Shown here: in pieces, positions 18,250-27,284 of the stretch | Layout of the letters: every line of letters begins with the position of its first letter | Position numbering within the stretch: position 1 is the first letter of the stretch | Assembly (NCBI GenBank): GCA_965203905.1 | Contig: CBDBDQ010000005.1 | Span: 3,552,001-3,616,000 of the forward strand | Reading direction: 5' to 3' | DNA length: 64,000 nucleotides | From: Spirochaetia bacterium | Lineage (GTDB): Bacteria > Spirochaetota > Spirochaetia > SZUA-6 > Bin103 | Position numbers and translations under genes: made by a program | Notes under the pieces: model-generated | Seen by the model: the letters and a program-made list of their open reading frames with translations, nothing else | Told to the model about the DNA's origin: nothing | Databases searched by the model: none

Positions 18250-18590
18250 CGGTTCCTCGCTACGTCCGATCACTCAACAATCGAAAACGAAGCCGTCGTG
18301 ACTTGGTTCGACCCACCCGCGACGAGCCGAGGAAAAATCCTGGCGAAAACATACTTGTCTAACCAACCTAACCCTATCTTGTTACTGTAATCGACGGAGT
18401 TCATGTTGATTCTCTGCCATCTCCTGACGAACTAGAGTCTCTCGGGAATCAAGATCGGCCTCCCCTGAACGATCAGATTCGCTTGCAGAGCGGTTAGGAA
18501 ACATGGGGAAATCTGTTGGACTTCGTCTGATCGGTGGAGGGGAGGTGCAAGTGCGCGTAACAGAAGCCGGTGCCGGTGTCCAGTTGGCAT

Positions 18591-18962
18591 CTAACTAACC
18601 CCACCAATCACCGAATTCAAATCATGGAACCAGGTTAAGCCACAATTCGTGCAGTATTGTGAGATGAACAGTCTGTAGCCTCTACCGTCCACAAGGAGTG
18701 AGGTCTCGCCGTCCCTCTCAACAGTGCCCGAGGAATACGTGCCTACCATGATCCTGGAATCGACTTCCAGGTTGCGGTTGTCTGCCTTACAACATGGTCC
18801 CATGGGGAACATATTGAAATGTGCTTTGACAAGTCGTATTGTCTTGTCCGTCATCGTTCCGTCCGGGTTGTATAATTCGGTCGGCAGTGGGATCGTTACT
18901 CCCAGCGGTTGAAGTGATCTATCCATTTGAAGGAATATAACATGTATATTCCTACCTGTCAA
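18591..18962 (-). CDS. Hypothetical protein, 123 aa, probable zinc ribbon
   Basis: GPCCK...YCTNCGLTWFH; RBS-like GGTGGGG. Confidence 0.6.
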   Translation of the reverse strand: MTGRNIHVIFLQMDRSLQPLGVTIPLPTELYNPDGTMTDKTIRLVKAHFNMFPMGPCCKADNRNLEVDSRIMVGTYSSGTVERDGETSLLVDGRGYRLFISQYCTNCGLTWFHDLNSVIGGVS

Positions 18963-19125
18963 TCCCCACCATCACAACGGGCACTCAAGGGGGTGTGCTG
19001 TCAATGTCTAACGACGTACGGTTGGAAGCCAAATTCCGAGACCAATAGATCAGAATTGAGAACCTGAAGAATCGCCGATTGACACGAAGGTTCGAAACAG
19101 GGTACGGTACCGGCTGGAGGGAGAT

Positions 19126-19983
19126 ATGGAAGAATTCAAATACGATGTTGTGTTGTCGTTTGCCGGTGAGCAGCGAGCGTACGTTAGGGAGGTTGCGGAC
19201 GAACTCAAGAGGATAGGCTTGGCAGTTTTCAACGCTGATGACGAACGTACGGAATTGTGGGGAAAGGACTTGCCGTCCTATCTGTGGCAAGTATTTGATA
19301 GGGATGGTCGCTATTGCGTCTTGTTTGTTTCTGCGGAGTCGGTGGAAAAACAGTTCCCAAAACACGAACGTCGCAGCGCGCTGACGAGAGCTTTGAGGGA
19401 AAAATCAGAATATGTTCTGCCCGCTCGTTTTGACGACATCGAAATCCCACAGCTAACAAACGTACACTACATTGACTTAAGAGATATGAGCCCGGTCGAG
19501 TTCGCCGGTATAATTGCGGAGAAGGTGTCATCGGATGAAGGTGTGCCGTCACAGTCGTCTGAGCGTAGTGAGGCGGAGGATATGGCGTACTACAAGCTGC
19601 TGGCATCTGTAGAATCGCTCAAAGGAGAGTCCTTATCCGTGCAGAATCGTATGCTCATTATACAAGACAACCTGGGGGTCGTACGTCGTGTTGTGGACGA
19701 GATAGTGCTGGATCACAAGGACAAGCACATTTTTCGTCACGACCTTGAGAAGAAGGTCGTTCTTGATCAGGATGATGACGGTCATAAACTTAGGTGTATG
19801 TTGGATAGGAACACTGTGCAGGATAGTACGTTGACCATTGAAGCTCTTGCAGAGGAACTAAGGACCTGTTTTCTCGATTGGAGAAGAGTTGAGCTTGCTT
19901 TGGCGGATGCCACGCGAAAGGTAGAAGAAGAAAAGTCAAAGAGAGGTATTTGGAATTTCCGAATCGAAACCAAGCCTCTGTGA
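19126..19983 (+). CDS. Toll/interleukin-1 receptor (TIR) domain protein with C-terminal coiled-coil region
   Basis: KYDVVLSFAGEQRAYVREVA, ELWGKDL, YCVLFVS, KHERRSAL (candidate catalytic Glu), EYVLPARFDD, YIDLR; RBS GGAGG. Confidence 0.9.
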   Translation: MEEFKYDVVLSFAGEQRAYVREVADELKRIGLAVFNADDERTELWGKDLPSYLWQVFDRDGRYCVLFVSAESVEKQFPKHERRSALTRALREKSEYVLPARFDDIEIPQLTNVHYIDLRDMSPVEFAGIIAEKVSSDEGVPSQSSERSEAEDMAYYKLLASVESLKGESLSVQNRMLIIQDNLGVVRRVVDEIVLDHKDKHIFRHDLEKKVVLDQDDDGHKLRCMLDRNTVQDSTLTIEALAEELRTCFLDWRRVELALADATRKVEEEKSKRGIWNFRIETKPL

Positions 19984-20417
19984 GTGCAGGACACCTTAAA
20001 GGTGTAAGACGATCAGGACAAGGAGGGCCATAATAAACGTTCAGAAAGTTTGAAAACCCGATTATTTTATCGACGCGATGATTTGAGGTTCAAGGTGTGG
20101 GTCCACTTGACAACTCAATCGTCGTGCCTCTTGTAAGAACCGCTCCGCGAAAGAAGACAATTGTGCTCGGTGGAGTAAGTATGACGTGAAGTACTTGAAG
20201 GATGACGAAGTTGGAGAAAAAACCTGGGAGAAGGCGCGAGTCGCTGCCCTTCCGAGAAGGGAATTGAAACGGCTTCAATGTGCATGGGCTTGTCAGCTTC
20301 GCCGGAATCGGGTGAAAAGGTTGTTAATGAGTCCATAGCGCGTTATGACCTGGTTGTGTAGGCTTGTCAATCACCGGTTCAAAAAAGAAACCACGTAACT
20401 CCGTGCTTGGAATGGGG

Positions 20418-23400
20418 TTAGTTAGGTATGTTATTGCCAAAATCCTCCCGCAGCGTATACACGTCGGTGAACTCCGCGAACCGCCAGCGCCCGTACGTTT
20501 CCAGTCCGTTGACGCCAGGCACCCACTGGGTCTCCATGGTTGCCTTCTTTTCCTTGGCGTCCTCGCGGCGGTAGCCCTTGATCTCGACCACGAGGTGGAG
20601 CAGATCGTCCTCGCCCCGCCCATCGTCGACAAGCACGATGAAGTCGGGGAGGTAGGTGCGCGCCTCGGAGCCGTACCGGTAGGGAACCTCCAGCCCCAGG
20701 GCGTGGTTCTTGACGTAGGCGTGGACCTGCGGCTGCGACTCGACGAAGCGGCAGAATTCCGCCTCCCAGTTGCTGTCGCAGACCACCCAGTTCACGTGGC
20801 AGCGGAGCGGGTGAGTCTGCCAGCGGGTCGGCTTCGAGGTGGTGAAGTTGACGTGGATCGTCGAGCCCGTCGGGTTGTAGGGGTCAAGCACCGCCGTCAC
20901 TGCGCGATCTCTCAGATGGCGCGCCACGATGCCACGGGTGATGCGGGTGCAGGCCTGATCAGCCAGCTCCTGGTACATGAGCTGGGCGGGGTAGGTGCCA
21001 CCCTTGCAGACCAGGTGGTCGTCCAGCCAGCGACGCGTGACCCGCTTGAGCTGGCCGAACAGGTGCAGCTTCGGCTCCTGATCCGGATCCCGCCAGTGTT
21101 TCTCCAGCAACGTCTTGGTCAAGTGGTAGACCAGCGTCGATGGGCGTAGATCCCGGCGGTGGATCAGGTTCAGGTCGACGCCTTCACCAATGATCCCGGC
21201 GTTGTGAGTGATGGAAGGACCGACGATCTCCGGGGTGAGCACGAGCGTCGAGTCGTCGTCGAACTTCGCGTCCACGTGCTCCTCGGGCAGCTCTACGCGG
21301 TAGCCCTGGACGCGCGGAAACCGGATCTCGCAGGCGTCTCGATCCGGGGTAATCGCCCGGACCGCTACCGTCTTGCGCGGCTTCTGTGGCTTGGCGACGA
21401 CCGGCTGGGCGGTGAAGTCGAACGGGATGCCGAGCACGTCGGCATACTCGACGTTGAACCGCTCCTTTTCGTTGAGATCGTAGGACTGGCGGCGCAGGGC
21501 GCGACCGACCACCTGTTCGCACAGGAGCTGGGTGCCGAACGCGCGCACCCCGAGAATGTGCGTGACGGTGCGCGCATCCCAGCCCTCGGTGAGCATCGAC
21601 ACCGATACCACGCAGCGCGTGGAGCCCCCGAGCCGGCCTGCAACACCCACGGTGTTCATCACTTCGCGCAGCAGATCCTGGTCGGAGAGGTTCTCCGCCT
21701 GCCGAAGGTCGCCGGTGCGCGTAACGATCTCCTTGCGGAAGCGCTCGATCTCGTCGGTCGCGGCGACCCGGAAGTCCTTGCCGAGCGCTTCACCGGAGTC
21801 GAGTTGCTCGCTGTCGATCAGCAGGGTGTGCGGTCTGCCGAGCGGGTTGCCGAAGTCGTCGAAGTTGCGGAACAGCTCTAGCCGCCCGTTCTCGAACGAC
21901 GAGGAGCCGTCCTCATGTTGGCGCTGGAACCCCGATATGTAGTCGTAGACCAGCTTCGAGGTCGCCGTGTTGTTGCACACCACGATGAAGCAGGGCGGAA
22001 CATCGATGTCGGCCTCGCGCCACTGGTCGAACACCTTCGCGTAGTGGCCGTAGAGCGCTTCGAGCGCGGTCTGCAGCTCCACGGGAATGCTCAGCGGGTC
22101 GAGCACCGCGGACTTGGCGCGGCCCTTGCGGGGCATCCGCTTGCCGATGTGCTCCCACAGGTTGCGGAACTTGGGCATGTCGGCGCCGGGGATGTTGTCG
22201 GCCACCGGCACCCGCGGCAGCTTGACGATGCCGCACTCGATCGCGTCCATCAGCGAGAAGTCGCTCATCGTCCACGGAAACAGCGTGCCCTCCGCGTAGC
22301 CCGAGCCGCGCAGGAAGAACGGCGTGGCGGAGAGATCGATCACCCGGCTCAGGCCCAGCCTGCGCTGCACCACCTCCAGCCCGGATATCCACACCCGCGC
22401 GGCTTCGCTGTTCTTCTTCGCCTCCTGGCGGTCGTCTCCGGTGAGCTTGCCCTCGTCGCTCTCCTGCTCCGGTTTCTCGCGGTAGCAGTGATGGGCCTCG
22501 TCGTTGAACGCCATGATGCGCTTCATGCCCATCAGGCCGGGCATCACCCGCTGCAGCATCTGCCCCTCGGTCTCCAGCGTCTGCAGCTCCGGGCCGCGGC
22601 CCTGCAGCAGCGCGCGCCCGCCTTTCGAGATGTCCTGCGTCTCCCGCCGCATGAAGGCGTGGTAGTTGGTGATGACGATGTTGGCACGGTTCAGGTCGCC
22701 GAGCATGTCGCGCGGCACCAGCTCGCGGCTCTGGTAGTAGCTGTCGGGGTCGTTGGGCTGCAGCACGCGCAGCCGGTCGCGGATGGTCAGGCCGGGGGTC
22801 ACCACCAGGAAGCCGCGCGTGAAGCGGCGGCTGTTCGGATGGCGCACCGCGTTGATCGTCTGCCAGGCGATCAGCATCGCCATCACGGTGGTCTTGCCGG
22901 CGCCGGTGGCGAGCTTGAGCGCCAGGCGGGTGAGGCCGGGATTGGCCTCCTGGTTCGCCGCCTCCAGGTGCTGCAGGAACTGCCGGCCTTCCCGTCCGGC
23001 ACCGGGGGCGGCAACCTCGGTCAGCCAGATCACGGTCTCCACCGCCTCGACCTGACAGAAGAACGGACGCAGGTCGCTGAACTGGTGGTGCCGCCAGTGG
23101 TGGAGCAGTCGAGCGGTTTCCGGCGTGACCCGCCACTGGCCACGGGGCAGCCTGCGCCACTCGTTCACGCTGTTGCGTACGCTCTCGATCATCCGCATCA
23201 GTTCGTACTGCTGCCCATCCTCGTCCGGCGTCCTGCCGGCATCGTCGAGACCCAGCTCGCTCTGTTTCGCGGTCTGCTTGCGAGCCGCGGGGATCGGGGT
23301 GATGAACGACACGGTACGACGGCGGTCGATGATGTGGTTGGTGGGCTGCCGGTTCTCGTCCAGCTCCCAGTGCCGCGCCGGGTACTCGTACGGCGAGTTC

Positions 23401-23432
23401 AGAATCGGCTGTTCGAAAAACCGCTCGTCCAC
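20418..23432 (-). CDS. res: Type III restriction endonuclease/helicase subunit; last six residues come from the inserted cassette
   Basis: ATGAGKT, DEAHH, LSATP, MLTEGWD, QVVGRALRR; C-terminal YLPDFIV...VVEIKG nuclease motif. Confidence 0.92.
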   Translation of the reverse strand: MDERFFEQPILNSPYEYPARHWELDENRQPTNHIIDRRRTVSFITPIPAARKQTAKQSELGLDDAGRTPDEDGQQYELMRMIESVRNSVNEWRRLPRGQWRVTPETARLLHHWRHHQFSDLRPFFCQVEAVETVIWLTEVAAPGAGREGRQFLQHLEAANQEANPGLTRLALKLATGAGKTTVMAMLIAWQTINAVRHPNSRRFTRGFLVVTPGLTIRDRLRVLQPNDPDSYYQSRELVPRDMLGDLNRANIVITNYHAFMRRETQDISKGGRALLQGRGPELQTLETEGQMLQRVMPGLMGMKRIMAFNDEAHHCYREKPEQESDEGKLTGDDRQEAKKNSEAARVWISGLEVVQRRLGLSRVIDLSATPFFLRGSGYAEGTLFPWTMSDFSLMDAIECGIVKLPRVPVADNIPGADMPKFRNLWEHIGKRMPRKGRAKSAVLDPLSIPVELQTALEALYGHYAKVFDQWREADIDVPPCFIVVCNNTATSKLVYDYISGFQRQHEDGSSSFENGRLELFRNFDDFGNPLGRPHTLLIDSEQLDSGEALGKDFRVAATDEIERFRKEIVTRTGDLRQAENLSDQDLLREVMNTVGVAGRLGGSTRCVVSVSMLTEGWDARTVTHILGVRAFGTQLLCEQVVGRALRRQSYDLNEKERFNVEYADVLGIPFDFTAQPVVAKPQKPRKTVAVRAITPDRDACEIRFPRVQGYRVELPEEHVDAKFDDDSTLVLTPEIVGPSITHNAGIIGEGVDLNLIHRRDLRPSTLVYHLTKTLLEKHWRDPDQEPKLHLFGQLKRVTRRWLDDHLVCKGGTYPAQLMYQELADQACTRITRGIVARHLRDRAVTAVLDPYNPTGSTIHVNFTTSKPTRWQTHPLRCHVNWVVCDSNWEAEFCRFVESQPQVHAYVKNHALGLEVPYRYGSEARTYLPDFIVLVDDGRGEDDLLHLVVEIKGYRREDAKEKKATMETQWVPGVNGLETYGRWRFAEFTDVYTLREDFGNNIPN

Positions 23433-23667
23433 GGCGGCATACTACCGCATTCGAATGGCCGGTGTGGGAGGCTCGGCCTCCGGCGCGGTTGGAGGTCGAC
23501 TTGCTACCCGACCGGTTCTACGCCGCGATTCCTATCGCAACTTCCGGCGCCTGCCAGTCGTACGTAATCTGGGATGCGTCAGCGCGCGTTGACGCCATCC
23601 GGAGGGCAGCAGCAGCATCTGCGGGGTGATGCTGTTGCCGATGTTGATATACCTTACGTTGGTTGAC

Positions 23668-24831
23668 ATGAAGGCCCCGCAGCAACGGTTGTTCACTCCC
23701 GGCACGGGAGCAACGCCTCGGGCCCTCACCGGGCGCGAGCGCGAGCAGGCGGTGTTGACGCGGTGCCTGGCGGACCTGCTCGGCGGCTCGTCGCCACCGC
23801 ATGACGTCGTCCTGACCGGGCCGCGCGGCACCGGAAAGACGGTGCTGCTCAACTGGTTCGAGCGTGTCTGCCGCGACGACGGACGGAACGTCGACGTTGT
23901 GAAACTGACCCCCGCCGACATTCCGACCCGCGATGCGCTGATCGAGGTTCTGGCGCCGCCGCCCGGGATGGCCAAGCTGCTGCTGCGGAAACTTGGCGTG
24001 GCGGCGGTCGGCTCGGTCGAATGGGCACCGCCGTCCGGGGGCATGCGGAACCTTCGGGCCGAATTGACCGCCCGGTGCCGCAGGAAGCCGTTGGCGGTGC
24101 TGCTCGACGAGGCGCACACGCTCGACCTGGGGGTGGGCAGAACGCTGCTCAACGCCAGTCAGCAGGTGCGTGCCGACGCGCCGTTCCTGCTGGTACTGGC
24201 CGGCACACCGGGGTTGGCGGGGCACCTCGGCGCCATGAACGTGTCCTTCTGGAGCCGGCTCGACGAAGGCCGCCTGGGTATCGGCCTGCTCAGCGACGCG
24301 GCTGCTCGTGCCGCTCTGGTAGATCCGCTCGCGGCCCACGGTGTAAGCATCGACGCCGACATCCTCAGCGCGGTCATCGAAGACAGCCAGCGCTATCCGT
24401 ACTTCATCCAGCTTTGGGGCGAGGCCCTGTGGCAACAGCGTCTGGTCACCGGCGCGACCCGGCTGAATGCCGCCGACGCGGCCGCGGCTCGGACCGACGT
24501 GGCCGCTCGGGTCATCGACTACTACGAGGATCGGTATCTGGAATTGGACCAATCGGGCTGGCTCGCCGTTGCCGAGCGGGTGGCCTCCCGCTTTCGGTCC
24601 CTGCCGACGCTGACCTACGAGGAGTTGAAGGCCGCGATCGCCGCCGGACTCGCTGCGAACGCGGACCCCGCGCAGGTGCACGCAGCACTGAACGCCCTGC
24701 AGCGCCTGGGGTTCGTCTGGCGACCGCCCGGACAGCTCCCACCGGTTCGCTACGAGCCCGGCATTCCCTCGTTCATGGCACACGTGCTCGACCACGCCGC
24801 ACCGGCCTTGAGCGACTCCGCATCATCGTGA
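23668..24831 (+). CDS. P-loop ATPase (AAA_16/STAND-like) with C-terminal winged helix
   Basis: FTPGTG...LTGRERE, GPRGTGKT, LLDEAH, YPYFIQLWG. Confidence 0.85.
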   Translation: MKAPQQRLFTPGTGATPRALTGREREQAVLTRCLADLLGGSSPPHDVVLTGPRGTGKTVLLNWFERVCRDDGRNVDVVKLTPADIPTRDALIEVLAPPPGMAKLLLRKLGVAAVGSVEWAPPSGGMRNLRAELTARCRRKPLAVLLDEAHTLDLGVGRTLLNASQQVRADAPFLLVLAGTPGLAGHLGAMNVSFWSRLDEGRLGIGLLSDAAARAALVDPLAAHGVSIDADILSAVIEDSQRYPYFIQLWGEALWQQRLVTGATRLNAADAAAARTDVAARVIDYYEDRYLELDQSGWLAVAERVASRFRSLPTLTYEELKAAIAAGLAANADPAQVHAALNALQRLGFVWRPPGQLPPVRYEPGIPSFMAHVLDHAAPALSDSASS

Positions 24832-25069
24832 AGGTCCGGGGCTGGACATCATCCATGTCTACGACGATGCGGCTCGGAAGCCGGTCTCGCCAGCGCCAGA
24901 ACACGAGGTTAACATCCACGGGACGCGCACCGGCAGCGAAGCTCCGCACCAGCATCCCGACGAAACCGGACTCGATCAACCGATCCGCCAATGCCTGCGA
25001 CGCCGGGACGGCGCCACCGTACATCACCGTTCTCCAGGCCGGGCAGTGTAGATCCGTCGGTGACATCAT
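24828..25069 (-). pseudogene. RES-domain toxin, C-terminal half only
   Basis: PASQALADRLIESGFVGMLVRSFA...NLVFWRW; the N-terminal half carrying the Arg and Glu motifs is absent directly after the antitoxin stop. Confidence 0.7.
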
Positions 25070-25082
25070 GGTCTGCGCAACG

Positions 25083-25436
25083 TCAGGCGTAACCTCCGGC
25101 GACGATCTGGTCGAGGTAGGCGTGGACGTAAGCCGCCTTGCCGCGACGTACCAGTTGGTCCGGAGTCATGCAATTCAAACCCGGCAGCGGCTCCGAGCGG
25201 AACCAGGCGTATGCCACGAGGGTGGCGCAACCGGTATGCGCCTGCACCCTGCGCAGAATCTCGACCATTTCGCGCAACCTTGTCTGGGTCTTTGGCGCCC
25301 GCACCCGCGCCGATCGCGAAAACGCGTCCTGGCCAAGCCCCAGGGTGCTCGCGATTTCCGTCTTGGTAGTCCGCAGAGCACCGGCGATCAACGTTGGCGA
25401 GAACACCTGATCCTGGACGAATTCCTGCAGCTCCAT
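25083..25436 (-). CDS. Xre/MbcA/ParS-type antitoxin
   Basis: TKTEIASTLGL (HTH), AYAWFRSEPLPGLNCMTPDQLV...YLDQIVAGGYA. Confidence 0.85.
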   Translation of the reverse strand: MELQEFVQDQVFSPTLIAGALRTTKTEIASTLGLGQDAFSRSARVRAPKTQTRLREMVEILRRVQAHTGCATLVAYAWFRSEPLPGLNCMTPDQLVRRGKAAYVHAYLDQIVAGGYA

Positions 25437-25439
25437 GAC

Positions 25440-25863
25440 ACTAACGGCCGCGGATCGGCCATGCTCCAGCGCGCCAGCGCCTGGCGCAATGCTTTGCCCG
25501 GCCCCACCCAATCCAGCAGCCCGGGCCAGAGGTCCTCGAGCATGTCATCGCCCAGCGTCAGGCTGGCCTGGAACCCCAGCTCGGCAAGCACGGTGCGCAT
25601 GCCCTCGGCCACGTTCTCACGCATCGCCTGGCCATCCTCGACGGTGGCGTACACACAGCGGAAGTCGCCGGCCTCTCCACCGTTCAGCAGGTTGCGCAAC
25701 GCCAGCAGCGCAGATGTCTTGCCGGTCTGCCGCGGTGCGTGCAGCACGAAGTACTTCTCGTCGCGGATCAGGGCAGCACATCCTTAAGGTCGGGCCGCGA
25801 CAGCGGCGCGATCTGGTAGTGTCGTTCCGCACGCACCGGGCCGGCGGTGTTGAACTTGCGCAC
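25440..25863 (-). pseudogene. N-terminal fragment of an AAA-like ATPase, frameshifted and truncated
   Basis: RKFNTAGPV, frameshift, then YFVLHAPRQTGKTS; breaks off at PRPLV just before Walker B. Confidence 0.75.
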
Positions 25864-25911
25864 GGTGGCCACTGTCGCAGGGTGTGGTGCGGTTGTCATC
25901 CGCGGCTGTCT

Positions 25912-27054
25912 TTACCCGGCGCCCGGCAGCCGAGCGAGCTGGATCTCATCCCTGTGGATCACGACACCGTCGTCGTCGACCAGCCACGATCGCCAGCCGT
26001 CCTTTTCCACGTAGGCCAACTGCGCCCGTGACCACGGGTCGGCCCATCCCGGTGCAGTGCCGACCACGACCTGGAGCGGCACGCCGCGCTGGAGAGACTG
26101 ACTCATGAGCTTGTGGAGCGTTACCTCATCGCGGTGCACCCATGGGGCTGGGAGGCGTTCGTCCAGAAATCCCCATCGTAACCGCACGGTGCCATGCAGA
26201 CTTCCGTATTGATAGATGGCGTAGAGCGACTTGGCGTCGGCTTCGAGCCGGCGCCGCAGCTTCGTCAGTTCGCCGCCGGCGAGGTACTCTCGCATCGTCT
26301 TCTCATCGCCGAACGGGCGCCTGATGCCGCACGAGCCCTGTACCAACAGACTCGTCGTGATCTTGAGCGTCCGTCCGCTCTTGCTGATCGTCTTTGTCTT
26401 CTGCGGAGGTCCCAACTCACCGAGGCGACGGTCTCCGGGCTCGAAGCGCAACGTCCGCAGCAGCGCGCGCACGTCGATGGCCGCAATGATGCCATAGGCA
26501 GCGAGCTTCTCGACCGCGTCCCCGATCTCGTCTCCCACGAAGGTGTGGAGAGCCCGCTCGGCGACGTCGACCAGCACCAGCGCCTGCGGCCGTCTGGCGG
26601 GAAACGCGTGGACCAGCACCCGTCGCATGCGGCCGAGTTCTTCGGCGTGGGTCGGAAGTGGTTCTGGCGCGCGGCGATCCACCGGCTGCGTTGCCGCCTC
26701 CGATGGTCGCAGGTCGAGCCTCCAGACCCACAGATCGGCCTCGGCGTCGCGAGGATCGAGCGCGTAGTAGTCGCCGTCACGGTAGATGGGAGCACGCGCC
26801 GGCTTGCACCGTTTCAGCGAAGCCAGAGCGTGCGCCGCCGGTGCCACGCCAGCCTCCGCGAAGCGCTCCGCGGCTTCCTGCAAGGTGACGGGTTCGCCTC
26901 GCTCCAGGAGGAACACGATCAGGAGGCGGTAGTAATTGGCCTCCGGGTGGTCCTTGGCTACCTCCAGCTTCGGAATCTCGATCCCGAGCGCGTCGCAGTA
27001 TGGATTCGACCTCTCGCTCCGAAACCGAACCCCGGTTGTCCGCTCCTCGTCCAT
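25912..27054 (-). CDS. Hypothetical protein, ~380 aa, possible N-terminal winged HTH
   Basis: Long ORF with normal composition; RBS GAGAGG; LLERGEPVTLQEAAERF. Confidence 0.7.
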   Translation of the reverse strand: MDEERTTGVRFRSERSNPYCDALGIEIPKLEVAKDHPEANYYRLLIVFLLERGEPVTLQEAAERFAEAGVAPAAHALASLKRCKPARAPIYRDGDYYALDPRDAEADLWVWRLDLRPSEAATQPVDRRAPEPLPTHAEELGRMRRVLVHAFPARRPQALVLVDVAERALHTFVGDEIGDAVEKLAAYGIIAAIDVRALLRTLRFEPGDRRLGELGPPQKTKTISKSGRTLKITTSLLVQGSCGIRRPFGDEKTMREYLAGGELTKLRRRLEADAKSLYAIYQYGSLHGTVRLRWGFLDERLPAPWVHRDEVTLHKLMSQSLQRGVPLQVVVGTAPGWADPWSRAQLAYVEKDGWRSWLVDDDGVVIHRDEIQLARLPGAG

Positions 27055-27284
27055 CCCGTCCTCTCGCCCGCCACGGAGTCTGTCGCAATCCGACACCCTC
27101 CAGGCCCTCAAAGTGGCCGTCGACATTCGGCAGGCAGAGCCCCGGCCACTCCCGCAATGACCCGTTCCCGTTGGTCGTGCTTGCCGTTACGTTGTACCGT
27201 TGCGCGAGTGTTGATCAACCAGCCCTTGCCGCAGGCGGAGATGCGGCGTTGGCGGGTCGACGGCACTCTCGGCGGAGGCGCGAG

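Larger units (their letters stand above)
18342..20438. mobile_element. Transposase-less 2097-bp insertion cassette (IS1595-like ends) carrying two passenger genes
   Basis: 8-bp direct repeat AAAATCCT at 18334-18341 and 20439-20446; inverted ends GGCGAAAACATAC / GGCAATAACATAC; sharp low-GC composition inside. Family assignment is inferred from the GGC start and the 8-bp duplication. Confidence 0.85.

Noticed and set aside
18591-18603. 13-bp CTAACTAACCCCA matching the cassette right sub-terminal sequence in inverted orientation
   Set aside because: It coincides with the last codons of an ORF and has no GGC end or target duplication; it may be an internal binding site but cannot be told from chance.
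19984-20400. Possible transposase remnant or ORF in the right part of the cassette
   Set aside because: Only short frames with no zinc-finger or DDE motifs recognisable; left unannotated.
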